Part shown: one piece after another, positions 21,285 to 28,281 of the stretch
Position numbering within the stretch: position 1 is the stretch's first letter
Layout of the letters: each line of letters begins with the position of its first letter
Source of the DNA: an uncultured Pseudomonadota bacterium
GTDB lineage: Bacteria > UBA10199 > JADFYH01
Direction of reading: 5' to 3'
NCBI GenBank assembly: GCA_964470915.1
Contig: CAYYEM010000004.1
Location: forward strand, 13,185 to 50,969
DNA: 37,785 nt
Notes under the pieces: model-generated
What the model was told of the DNA's origin: nothing
Database searches by the model: none
The model's input: the letters and a program-made list of their open reading frames with translations, nothing else
Made by a program: the position numbers and the translations under genes

Positions 21285-21934
21285 TGAATTTGGTTTTTTT
21301 GGGTGCACCGGGTGCTGGAAAAGGAACTCAAGCGAATAAGGTGCAGGATATTTTTGGGATCCCAAAAATTTCTACAGGAGATATGCTTCGTGCCGCTCGT
21401 GCACAAAAGACATCATTAGGTTTACAGGCTGAAGCTTATATGAATGCAGGCAAGCTGGTGCCGGATGAAGTTGTGATTGGATTGATTACTGAAAGACTCG
21501 CACAAGTAGATTGTAAAAAAGGTTACATATTAGATGGTTTTCCAAGAACAGTGGCTCAAGCAAGGGCTTTAAAAGATAACTTAGGGAAAGCCGCTGATAA
21601 AATTGATCAAGTTATTAATATTGTAGTGGATGAAGAAAATTTAGTGAAACGGCTTACGGGGCGTCGTCAGTGTGAAAAGTGTCAGCAAGGTTACCATCTG
21701 GAATTTGCCCCCACAAAAGTAGCTGGTATCTGTGATAAATGTGGTGGGAAACTTTTCCAACGAGAAGACGATAAGGAAGCTACTATCAGAGCCCGGTTAA
21801 ATGTTTATCGAGAGCAGACGGCCCCATTAGTAGATTTTTATACGCAGGAAAATATTTTAGAAACAGTAAATGGTGATGAAGCAGTGGACCATGTTTTTGA
21901 AGCGATTGTGAATATTGTAAAAAAAGTGGCCTGA
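21284..21934 (+). CDS. adk: Adenylate kinase (Zn-lid form)
   Basis: GTG start overlaps the secY stop by 1 nt. P-loop GAPGAGKGTQ. Lid is CEKC...CDKCGG. Confidence 0.96.
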   Translation: MNLVFLGAPGAGKGTQANKVQDIFGIPKISTGDMLRAARAQKTSLGLQAEAYMNAGKLVPDEVVIGLITERLAQVDCKKGYILDGFPRTVAQARALKDNLGKAADKIDQVINIVVDEENLVKRLTGRRQCEKCQQGYHLEFAPTKVAGICDKCGGKLFQREDDKEATIRARLNVYREQTAPLVDFYTQENILETVNGDEAVDHVFEAIVNIVKKVA

Positions 21935-21948
21935 ATGGATTATGGTTT

Positions 21949-22698
21949 ATGGTGATTATCAAATCTCAAGAAGAGATTGATAAAATTAGAAAAGCAGGGC
22001 GTGTAGTCGCCAAAGTTCTTTCAAAAATTAAGGAATATATTAAGCCCGGTGCTAACACCTTGCAGCTAGATCAACTTGCAGAAAAGTGGATTTGTGAAGA
22101 GGGTGCTATACCGGCATTTAAGGGTTATTTGGGGTTTCGACATACCCTTTGTACTTCGATTAATGAAGAAGTAGTTCATGGAATTCCTTCCTCAAAAAGA
22201 GTTCTCAAAGAAGGGGACATTATTGGGATTGATTGTGGAGCGATTGTAGGAGGGTATTACGGTGATGCCGCTTATACTTTCCCCGTAGGTAAAGTGAGTG
22301 AAAAAGCAGCAGAACTTTTAAGGGTAGGCGAAGAAAGTTTAATGCGCGGAATTACCCAAATGACATCAGATAAAAGGTTGTATGATATTGGCGCTGCAAT
22401 TCAGCGACATTCTGAGTCACATGGTTTTGCAATTGTAAGAGATTATGTAGGACATGGTGTGGGGACTAAGTTACACGAAGAACCGCAAGTCCCAAATTAC
22501 GGAGAACCCAATACGGGTTTTCGTTTAAAAGCAGGAATGGTATTTGCCATTGAACCTATGGTGAATGAAGGTACTCATGAGGTTCAATTGTTAAACGATG
22601 GTTGGACAGTGATTACAAAAGATAAAAAATTGTCGGTTCATTTTGAACACACAATTGTGATTACAGATTCTCAACCAGAAATATTGACTCAGCTTTAG
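21949..22698 (+). CDS. map: Type I methionine aminopeptidase
   Basis: 249 aa with ...GIDCGA...GYYGDAA.TF..G..., HGVG and FAIEPM. Confidence 0.96.
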   Translation: MVIIKSQEEIDKIRKAGRVVAKVLSKIKEYIKPGANTLQLDQLAEKWICEEGAIPAFKGYLGFRHTLCTSINEEVVHGIPSSKRVLKEGDIIGIDCGAIVGGYYGDAAYTFPVGKVSEKAAELLRVGEESLMRGITQMTSDKRLYDIGAAIQRHSESHGFAIVRDYVGHGVGTKLHEEPQVPNYGEPNTGFRLKAGMVFAIEPMVNEGTHEVQLLNDGWTVITKDKKLSVHFEHTIVITDSQPEILTQL

Positions 22699-22708
22699 AG
22701 GTATTATT

Positions 22709-22927
22709 TTGGCAAAAGAAGATTGTATAGAAGTAGAAGGGGTTGTTGTAGAACCTTTACCCAATGCGATGTTTAGGGTAGAGCTCGATAATGGCCATAA
22801 AATTTTAGCCCATATATCGGGCAAAATGAGGATGCATTTTATTAAGATTCTTCCAGGAGATAGAGTGAAGATTGAATTATCTCCTTATGATTTAACAAGA
22901 GGAAGAATTACATATAGGTCTAAGTAG
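22709..22927 (+). CDS. infA: Translation initiation factor IF-1
   Basis: TTG start 7 nt after [35 protein letters not shown]... is very close to E. coli IF1. Confidence 0.96.
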   Translation: MAKEDCIEVEGVVVEPLPNAMFRVELDNGHKILAHISGKMRMHFIKILPGDRVKIELSPYDLTRGRITYRSK

Positions 22928-22930
22928 GAA

Positions 22931-22997
22931 GTGGTTAGTCATTAGTGTCTAGTTGTTCGTGATATGATCTGACAACTAGAAACGGGTAACTAGCAAC
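22931..22997 (+). repeat. Heptad-arm intercistronic hairpin element, copy 4 (infA-rpmJ spacer)
   Basis: CTAGTTG (22949-22955) pairs perfectly with CAACTAG (22973-22979). The 3' arm has heptads CTGACAA CTAGAAA CGGGTAA CTAGCAA CTAAAAA. The 5' arm is GTTAGTC ATTAGTG TCTAGTT. Confidence 0.65.
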
Positions 22998-23005
22998 TAA
23001 AAAAA

Positions 23006-23119
23006 ATGAAAGTAAGAAGTTCAGTAAAAAAAATATGTCCCAAATGTAAAGTTCTTCGTCGTAGAGGTGTGCTTCGTGTAATTTGCGAAAACCCCCGACA
23101 TAAACAGAAACAAGGATAG
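23006..23119 (+). CDS. rpmJ: 50S ribosomal protein L36 (37 aa; absent from the ORF track because it is below the length cutoff)
   Basis: Hand translation gives [37 protein letters not shown], stopping at TAG 23117-23119. Canonical position between infA and rpsM. Confidence 0.95.
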   Translation: MKVRSSVKKICPKCKVLRRRGVLRVICENPRHKQKQG

Positions 23120-23134
23120 AGAAGGTTTTAAATT

Positions 23135-23518
23135 ATGCCACGTATAGCCGGTGTTGACGTTCCATCAAAGAAAAGGGTCGAAGTTGCTCTTACCTATATT
23201 TATGGGGTAGGCAAAACTCGCTCTAAAGAAATTTTAGTAGCTACAAAAATTGATCCAAATCTTCGTGCAGAAAAGCTTACAGATGCAGATCTCGCTAATA
23301 TTCGTGAATACATTGATTCACATTTCAAAGTTGAGGGAGATCTTCGTCGTGATGTGGGTTTAAGCATTAAGCGTTTACAAGATTTAGGGACTTATCGAGG
23401 AAGTCGGCATCGAAAGGGTTTGCCCGTTCGAGGTCAAAGAACACGAACAAATTGTCGAACTCGAAAAGGCCCTCGTAAGACAGTGGCAGGAAAGAAAAAA
23501 GCCCCTTCGGGCAAGTAG
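23135..23518 (+). CDS. rpsM: 30S ribosomal protein S13
   Basis: 127 aa, [10 protein letters not shown]...[19 protein letters not shown]. Confidence 0.98.
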   Translation: MPRIAGVDVPSKKRVEVALTYIYGVGKTRSKEILVATKIDPNLRAEKLTDADLANIREYIDSHFKVEGDLRRDVGLSIKRLQDLGTYRGSRHRKGLPVRGQRTRTNCRTRKGPRKTVAGKKKAPSGK

Positions 23519-23520
23519 GA

Positions 23521-23592
23521 CAGTAGCCAGTAGTGAGTGATCAGTTCTCAATTTAAATAAAAATTGATGACTAACAAACATAACTGGCAACT
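23521..23592 (+). repeat. Heptad-arm intercistronic hairpin element, copy 5 (rpsM-rpsK spacer)
   Basis: GCCAGTA (23526-23532) pairs with TAACTGGC (23581-23588). The apex is CAATTT-AAATAA-AAATTG. The 5' arm is CAGTAGC CAGTAGT GAGTGAT CAGTTCT. Confidence 0.6.
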
Positions 23593-23601
23593 TTGAAAAA
23601 A

Positions 23602-24036
23602 ATGGGATCCACCAAACCAAGTGAAGTCAGTGCTGCTCCAGAAGAAAAAAAGGAAGTAGCAAAAGTTAAAAAGAAAAAAGGTCGCAAGCAAGTACCGATT
23701 GGTGTTGTGCATATTCAATCGAGTTTTAACAATACGATTGTAACAATTACTGATGTTTCAGGAAATACCATTGCTTCTTCTTCGGCCGGTTCAAAAGGTT
23801 TTAAAGGATCTCGCAAAAGTACTCCTTTTGCTGCTCAACTTGCCGCTGAAGATGCTGCTAGAAAAGCAATAGAACATGGTTTGAGAAGTGTTACCGTTTT
23901 TGTAAAAGGACCTGGTGCAGGTCGTGAATCAGCTTTACGCGCTATTGCCCAGGCTGGAATTCGTGTCACATTAATCCGGGATGTAACTCCTATTCCTCAT
24001 AATGGTTGTCGTCCCCCGAAGAAGAGGAGAGTTTAA
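23602..24036 (+). CDS. rpsK: 30S ribosomal protein S11 (Lys/Glu-rich N-terminal extension)
   Basis: ATG at 23602; an in-frame TTG at 23593 is an alternative. ...[17 protein letters not shown]... and ...[16 protein letters not shown]. Confidence 0.95.
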   Translation: MGSTKPSEVSAAPEEKKEVAKVKKKKGRKQVPIGVVHIQSSFNNTIVTITDVSGNTIASSSAGSKGFKGSRKSTPFAAQLAAEDAARKAIEHGLRSVTVFVKGPGAGRESALRAIAQAGIRVTLIRDVTPIPHNGCRPPKKRRV

Positions 24037-24662
24037 TGGCTAAGTATAATGATAGTGTATGCAAGTTATGTCGCCGGGAAGGTTTGAAACTTTTCCTTAA
24101 AGGGGATCGCTGTTACACAGAAAAATGTGCTATTGAGAGACGTGCCTATGCTCCAGGTCAGCACGGACAAGCTCGTGGTAAGTCTTCAGAATATGGGACT
24201 CAGCTTCGTGAAAAGCAAAAAGTAAAACGACTTTATGGATTGTTGGAACGTCAATTCCGTTTAAGTTTCAAAAAAGCAGATCGAATGAAGGGCGTTACGG
24301 GTGAAAATCTTCTTCTAGGCTTGGAATCACGTTTAGATAACATGGTGTATCGTTTAGGTTTTGCAAATTCACGTTCTGAAGCCAGACAATTGGTACTTCA
24401 TGGACATTTTTTGGTGAATGGTAAAAAAGTTAATATTCCTTCTTACATCTGTCGATCCGGAGATAGTATTGAGGTAAAGGAAAAGAGCCGAAGCGTAGCA
24501 AGAATTGCCCAAGCTGTTGAAGCAGTGGATCGTCGCGGAGTTCCCACTTGGTTGGAACTCGATAAGCAAGCTTTTAAAGGAGTTGTAAAAAATCTGCCAC
24601 AAAGAACAGAACTTACAATGCCTATCAATGAACAATTGATTGTCGAACTCTATTCTAAATAG
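24036..24662 (+). CDS. rpsD: 30S ribosomal protein S4
   Basis: ATG at 24036 (TAATG overlap with rpsK) lies 6 nt after [23 protein letters not shown]... The track ORF start at 24006 is an upstream artefact. Confidence 0.96.
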   Translation: MAKYNDSVCKLCRREGLKLFLKGDRCYTEKCAIERRAYAPGQHGQARGKSSEYGTQLREKQKVKRLYGLLERQFRLSFKKADRMKGVTGENLLLGLESRLDNMVYRLGFANSRSEARQLVLHGHFLVNGKKVNIPSYICRSGDSIEVKEKSRSVARIAQAVEAVDRRGVPTWLELDKQAFKGVVKNLPQRTELTMPINEQLIVELYSK

Positions 24663-24682
24663 AAAATTTGGAGGAAAGACGA

Positions 24683-25699
24683 ATGCAAACTCTGGTTGCA
24701 AAAAATTGGCGTAGTTTAATTAAACCCAAAGGATTGGAAATTGAAAGGGAAAGCAAAACCTCTCAATATGGAAAGTTTATCGCTCGTCCCTTAGAAAGAG
24801 GTTTTGGTATCACTTTGGGGAACAGCCTAAGACGAATCCTTCTTTCTTCTATCCAAGGTGCCGCAGTAGTGAGTGTGAAAATTGATGGGGTTCTCCATGA
24901 GTTTTCTACTATTCCTGGAGTGAAGGAAGATGTGACAGATATTATTTTAAATTTAAAACAGCTGCGATTAAAGCTTTCAGGTGTGGATCATGATGTGATT
25001 CGTATCGAAGCTTCTGGTGAGAGAGAACTTACCGCTGCTGATATTATTACAACTCCAAATGTGGAAGTGTTGAACCCTGATCTTCATATTGCGACCTTGT
25101 CTGCTGATGCTAATTTGAAAATGGAATTAACCGTTAAGTTAGGAAAAGGTTTTTCTTTAGCAGAAAAAAATAAGACAGAAAGAGATGTGATTGGAGTAAT
25201 TCCTATCGATGCTATTTTTACTCCCATCAAAAAAGTAAATTACACTGTGACCAATGCTCGTGTGGGTCAAGCAACAGACTACGATCGTTTAACATTAGAA
25301 GTATGGACTGATGGTTCAGTGCTTCCAGAAGATGCTGTTGCTTACTCTGCTAAAATTTTGAAGGATCAAATTTCGCTCTTTATTAGTTTTGAAGAAGAGG
25401 ATGAGCCCATTGAAGAAGAAATTATCGAAGAACCCAAGATGAATGAGAATTTGAACAAGAGAGTGGATGAATTAGAATTATCTGTTCGTTCAGCGAATTG
25501 TCTTCAAAATGCTAATATTAAATACATTGGTGAATTGGTTCAAAAATCAGAAGGTGAAATGCTTAAAACAAAGAATTTTGGACGTAAATCTCTTAATGAA
25601 ATCAAAGAAATTCTTTCAGAAATGGGACTTTCTTTGGGGATGAAGATTGAAGGTTGGCAGTTCCCCAATGAAGATGAAACCAAAAAGGAAGAAATTTAA
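24683..25699 (+). CDS. rpoA: DNA-directed RNA polymerase subunit alpha
   Basis: ATG at 24683 follows GGAGGA. Has the N-terminal domain and the C-terminal domain (...[23 protein letters not shown]...). Confidence 0.97.
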   Translation: MQTLVAKNWRSLIKPKGLEIERESKTSQYGKFIARPLERGFGITLGNSLRRILLSSIQGAAVVSVKIDGVLHEFSTIPGVKEDVTDIILNLKQLRLKLSGVDHDVIRIEASGERELTAADIITTPNVEVLNPDLHIATLSADANLKMELTVKLGKGFSLAEKNKTERDVIGVIPIDAIFTPIKKVNYTVTNARVGQATDYDRLTLEVWTDGSVLPEDAVAYSAKILKDQISLFISFEEEDEPIEEEIIEEPKMNENLNKRVDELELSVRSANCLQNANIKYIGELVQKSEGEMLKTKNFGRKSLNEIKEILSEMGLSLGMKIEGWQFPNEDETKKEEI

Positions 25700-25724
25700 T
25701 ACGAAGTTTGAATGGAACTGACTT

Positions 25725-26240
25725 ATGCGACATTTGAATAAAAAAGTTAGATTGGGTCGAAACACAGCACATCGTATTGCGATGATGCGTAATATGGTTA
25801 CTTCACTTATTGAAAGTGAACGCATTGAAACCACATTACCTAAAGCCAAGCAATTAAGAAGTCTAGCCGATCAAATGGTGACTTTGGGTAAAGAGGGAAG
25901 CCTTCATGCACGTCGTCGAGCGTTGACTACAGTACGTAAGAAAAGCGCAGTATCTAAGCTTTTTACAGAATTGGCGACTCGTTTTAAAGATCGTGCAGGT
26001 GGATATACCAGGATTATTAAGCTTGGTTTTCGTCATGGAGATGGGGCTCCAATGGCAATTATTGAATATTTAGGTTTTGTGCCTAAGCTTATTTCTGGTG
26101 CTGCAGAATCTGGAGCTAAAGCAAATAAATCTTCTGAAAAACCTAAGAAAAAAGCCTCTCCAAAAACAGAAGAAAAAGCAAAAAAAGAAAATAAAGCTTC
26201 AAAAAAAGTTCCTGCAAAGAAAAAGAAAGAATCAAAGTAG
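25725..26240 (+). CDS. rplQ: 50S ribosomal protein L17 with about 50-aa Lys-rich C-terminal tail
   Basis: [17 protein letters not shown]... core, followed by ...[41 protein letters not shown]. Confidence 0.96.
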   Translation: MRHLNKKVRLGRNTAHRIAMMRNMVTSLIESERIETTLPKAKQLRSLADQMVTLGKEGSLHARRRALTTVRKKSAVSKLFTELATRFKDRAGGYTRIIKLGFRHGDGAPMAIIEYLGFVPKLISGAAESGAKANKSSEKPKKKASPKTEEKAKKENKASKKVPAKKKKESK

Positions 26241-26280
26241 AGATATTTTCACTTGTGCTGAAAAATCTGAGTCATAGAGT

Positions 26281-26802
26281 ATGATTATGAAAAGATGGCT
26301 TCTGATCTTTCTGTTGATTATATTAAGTGCTTTGAGCATTTGGTATGTTACGAAAGGTTATCACTCTGGGCCTAAAGATGGAACTCAAGCGCCTGAATTT
26401 TCTCTAGACAATCAATCCGGACAAAAACAAAGTCTTTCTCAATATTCAAATCAAGTCGTTTTGTTAAATTTCTGGGCGACATGGTGTGCGCCTTGCGTGA
26501 GTGAAATGGCAAGTTTGGATCGCTTATATCAAAAATATAAGGATAAGGGATTTGTCGTATTGGCAGTCAGTGTAGATGAAGATGGTTGGAAAGCAATTGA
26601 TGCCTTTTTGAAAAAAAATCCAGTTACTTTTCCTATACTCTTGGATGCAGATTATAAAGTTGCTGATCAGTATGCCACTTACCGAGTTCCAGAATCTTAT
26701 TTGATTAATAGACAAGGCCAAGTGGTGGAAAAAATTCTAGGTGCCAAAGAATGGGATTCTTCCGAAATGATTTCTAAAATTGAAAAAATAATTGGCAAAT
26801 AA
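26281..26802 (+). CDS. Membrane-anchored TlpA/ResA-family thiol-disulfide oxidoreductase (thioredoxin fold)
   Basis: N-terminal TM helix, then FWATWCAPC active site and thioredoxin-like spacing. Confidence 0.85.
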   Translation: MIMKRWLLIFLLIILSALSIWYVTKGYHSGPKDGTQAPEFSLDNQSGQKQSLSQYSNQVVLLNFWATWCAPCVSEMASLDRLYQKYKDKGFVVLAVSVDEDGWKAIDAFLKKNPVTFPILLDADYKVADQYATYRVPESYLINRQGQVVEKILGAKEWDSSEMISKIEKIIGK

Positions 26803-26812
26803 ATTTCTTTAT

Positions 26813-27169
26813 TTAACTTTTCTTCACAATCTTATTTTGTGAGTTCACAAGAACTACTTTTGGGATATGTTTTTTTACTTCTTTTTCATCTAGAATTGCG
26901 AAGCTAGTGATAATGATGATATCCCCTTTTTTAGCAAGATGAGCCGCTGCCCCATTAATACAAATCACCCCTGAGCCTCTTTTACCCTTGAGAGTATAAG
27001 TTTCAAAACGGTTTCCATTTGTCACATCCCAAATATGAACATGTTCATTCGGGAGAAGGTCAGCCGCTTCCAGAAGGTTTTCGTCAATAGTAACGCTTCC
27101 TTCATAGTGCAAATCGGCATCGGTGACTGTTGCACGGTGTATTTTTGATTTCAGGAGACTTCTAAGCAT
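26813..27169 (-). CDS. panD: Aspartate 1-decarboxylase proenzyme
   Basis: [29 protein letters not shown]... with the self-cleavage G-S site. 118 aa. Confidence 0.95.
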   Translation of the reverse strand: MLRSLLKSKIHRATVTDADLHYEGSVTIDENLLEAADLLPNEHVHIWDVTNGNRFETYTLKGKRGSGVICINGAAAHLAKKGDIIIITSFAILDEKEVKKHIPKVVLVNSQNKIVKKS

Positions 27170-27208
27170 TTAAATTCCTATGGTTCCGGCCAATCTTAGG
27201 GCTGGCTG

Positions 27209-27237
27209 AATAAACCAGAGCTTGCTTAAAGTGTCAA
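27209..27237 (-). promoter_or_regulatory. Candidate panD promoter
   Basis: On the minus strand: TTGACA (27237-27232), 17 nt, then TTTATT (27214-27209). Confidence 0.35.
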
Positions 27238-27254
27238 GAAACTGATCTACTTAT

Positions 27255-27283
27255 TTGACAAGTTTTCGGGCATTTGTTACGAA
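27255..27283 (+). promoter_or_regulatory. Candidate promoter for the 27317 ORF (divergent from panD)
   Basis: TTGACA (27255-27260), 17 nt, then TACGAA (27278-27283). The palindrome GCATTT-N6-AAATGC (27270-27287) overlaps the -10. Confidence 0.3.
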
Positions 27284-27316
27284 ATGCATTCATTTTCGAT
27301 GGGATAGGTCTTTTAT

Positions 27317-27676
27317 ATGACTAAGATTGCATGGTGGGATAAAACCTTAAACTCTTGGTTTAAACTCAAGGATGAAGTGTTAAAGGTGTCTCAGTTAGGC
27401 CGAGTGGGGCTTAGCCGTTCTTTTTTAATTCATGAAAAAATGAAGCTCACTGCACTTTTGGGTGAATATGCTTATCGTTGGATTCGTGAAAATGGTAGTA
27501 AAGATTTGCATCAACAGCGTTTGGTGGATCAAATTGAAAAGCTGAATCAAAAAGTTCGTGCGATAGATGAAAAAGTAACAGGCATTACCAATGATCTCAG
27601 CCATCATTTGAATGCGGAAGAGGGGAATGACATTTTAGTAAAACGCAAGTTGCGAATGGGAAGAAGAAAGAAATAA
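27317..27676 (+). CDS. Hypothetical protein, 119 aa, predicted helical/coiled coil with basic C-terminus
   Basis: Long ORF in an otherwise non-coding gap. I recognise no family. Ends ...KRKLRMGRRKK. Confidence 0.55.
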   Translation: MTKIAWWDKTLNSWFKLKDEVLKVSQLGRVGLSRSFLIHEKMKLTALLGEYAYRWIRENGSKDLHQQRLVDQIEKLNQKVRAIDEKVTGITNDLSHHLNAEEGNDILVKRKLRMGRRKK

Positions 27677-27696
27677 TCATTTTTTATAATATTGTT

Positions 27697-27717
27697 TAGC
27701 AAAGTCCGACTTTGCTA
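27697..27717. other. Perfect inverted repeat TAGCAAAGTC-C-GACTTTGCTA
   Basis: 10+10 nt perfect complement, 20 nt after the hypothetical ORF stop. No adjacent U-tract. Confidence 0.5.
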
Positions 27718-27730
27718 GGCAGAACGAATT

Positions 27731-27754
27731 GGTGACGTAGCTCAGTTGCCAGAG
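27731..27754 (+). pseudogene. Decayed 5' fragment of a tRNA (acceptor + D arm only)
   Basis: GGTGACGTAGCTCAGTTGCCAGAG matches GGGGACGTAGCTCAGTTGGGAGAG of the downstream tRNA-Ala at 21/24 positions. No matching anticodon, T arm or 3' acceptor strand follows. Confidence 0.6.
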
Positions 27755-27786
27755 GAGTGAAGAAAAATTTAGATGATAAATATCTT

Positions 27787-27859
<73 letters not shown>

Positions 27860-27860
27860 C

Positions 27861-27905
27861 AAAATAAAAAGCCCCTGTATGCTTGGCATACAGGGGCTTT
27901 TATTT
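27861..27905. terminator. Bidirectional rho-independent terminator (tRNA-Ala on +, csp on -)
   Basis: Stem GCCCCTGTATGC / GCATACAGGGGC (27871-27882 / 27886-27897), flanked by AAAATAAAAA and TTTTATTT. Confidence 0.85.
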
Positions 27906-27919
27906 AAAACCTATAAGTC

Positions 27920-28126
27920 TTAGGCTTTAATTACGTCAGTGGCCTGCAATCCTTTGGCTCCTTCGGTGATTTCAAATTCCACCGCTTGGCCTTCAGCAAG
28001 TGACTTATAACCTTCACCGCTGATTGCAGAGTAATGAACAAAAACGTCTTGTCCATTATCCTGTTCGATAAAACCATAACCCTTATTGTCATTGAACCAC
28101 TTTACGCGGCCTTTACTACGAGACAT
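27920..28126 (-). CDS. Cold-shock protein (CspA family, 68 aa)
   Basis: [35 protein letters not shown]... with RNP1/RNP2 motifs. ATG at 28126 lies 7 nt after AGGAGGA. The longer track ORF (to 28207) is an artefact. Confidence 0.95.
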   Translation of the reverse strand: MSRSKGRVKWFNDNKGYGFIEQDNGQDVFVHYSAISGEGYKSLAEGQAVEFEITEGAKGLQATDVIKA

Positions 28127-28281
28127 ACTGCGTCCTCCTAAGACTGAAAATAAATATTCTTTGAAGATTAAATGGCAAAAAACCTTCCTTTCACCCTTAT
28201 TTGCCATGCTTCAAAAAACACTTAATTTCAAAAATTACTTTTTAGGTGAAAGTAAATCAGAAAAACTGATTTTGCGAGAGG

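Noticed and set aside
24006-24682. Upstream extensions in the ORF track for rpsD (24006), rpoA (24668), cspA (28207), ruvC (32783) and yebC (33578).
   Set aside because: Conserved N-termini ([48 protein letters not shown]) start at internal ATGs that have good Shine-Dalgarno sequences. The extensions begin at TTG or run through repeats.
26077-26277. 66-aa plus-strand ORF in an alternative frame of the rplQ tail. I also considered programmed frameshifting on the A-runs.
   Set aside because: It is a Lys-rich translation of the same A-rich DNA. The L17 frame is continuous from a conserved core to a stop. No slippery-site plus structure signature is present.
26795-26820. AAATAAA-TTTC-TTTATTT hairpin spanning the convergent tlpA-like and panD stop codons, considered as a bidirectional terminator.
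   Set aside because: It is a 7-bp all-A/T stem, too weak to call. It is probably just two stop codons in AT-rich DNA.
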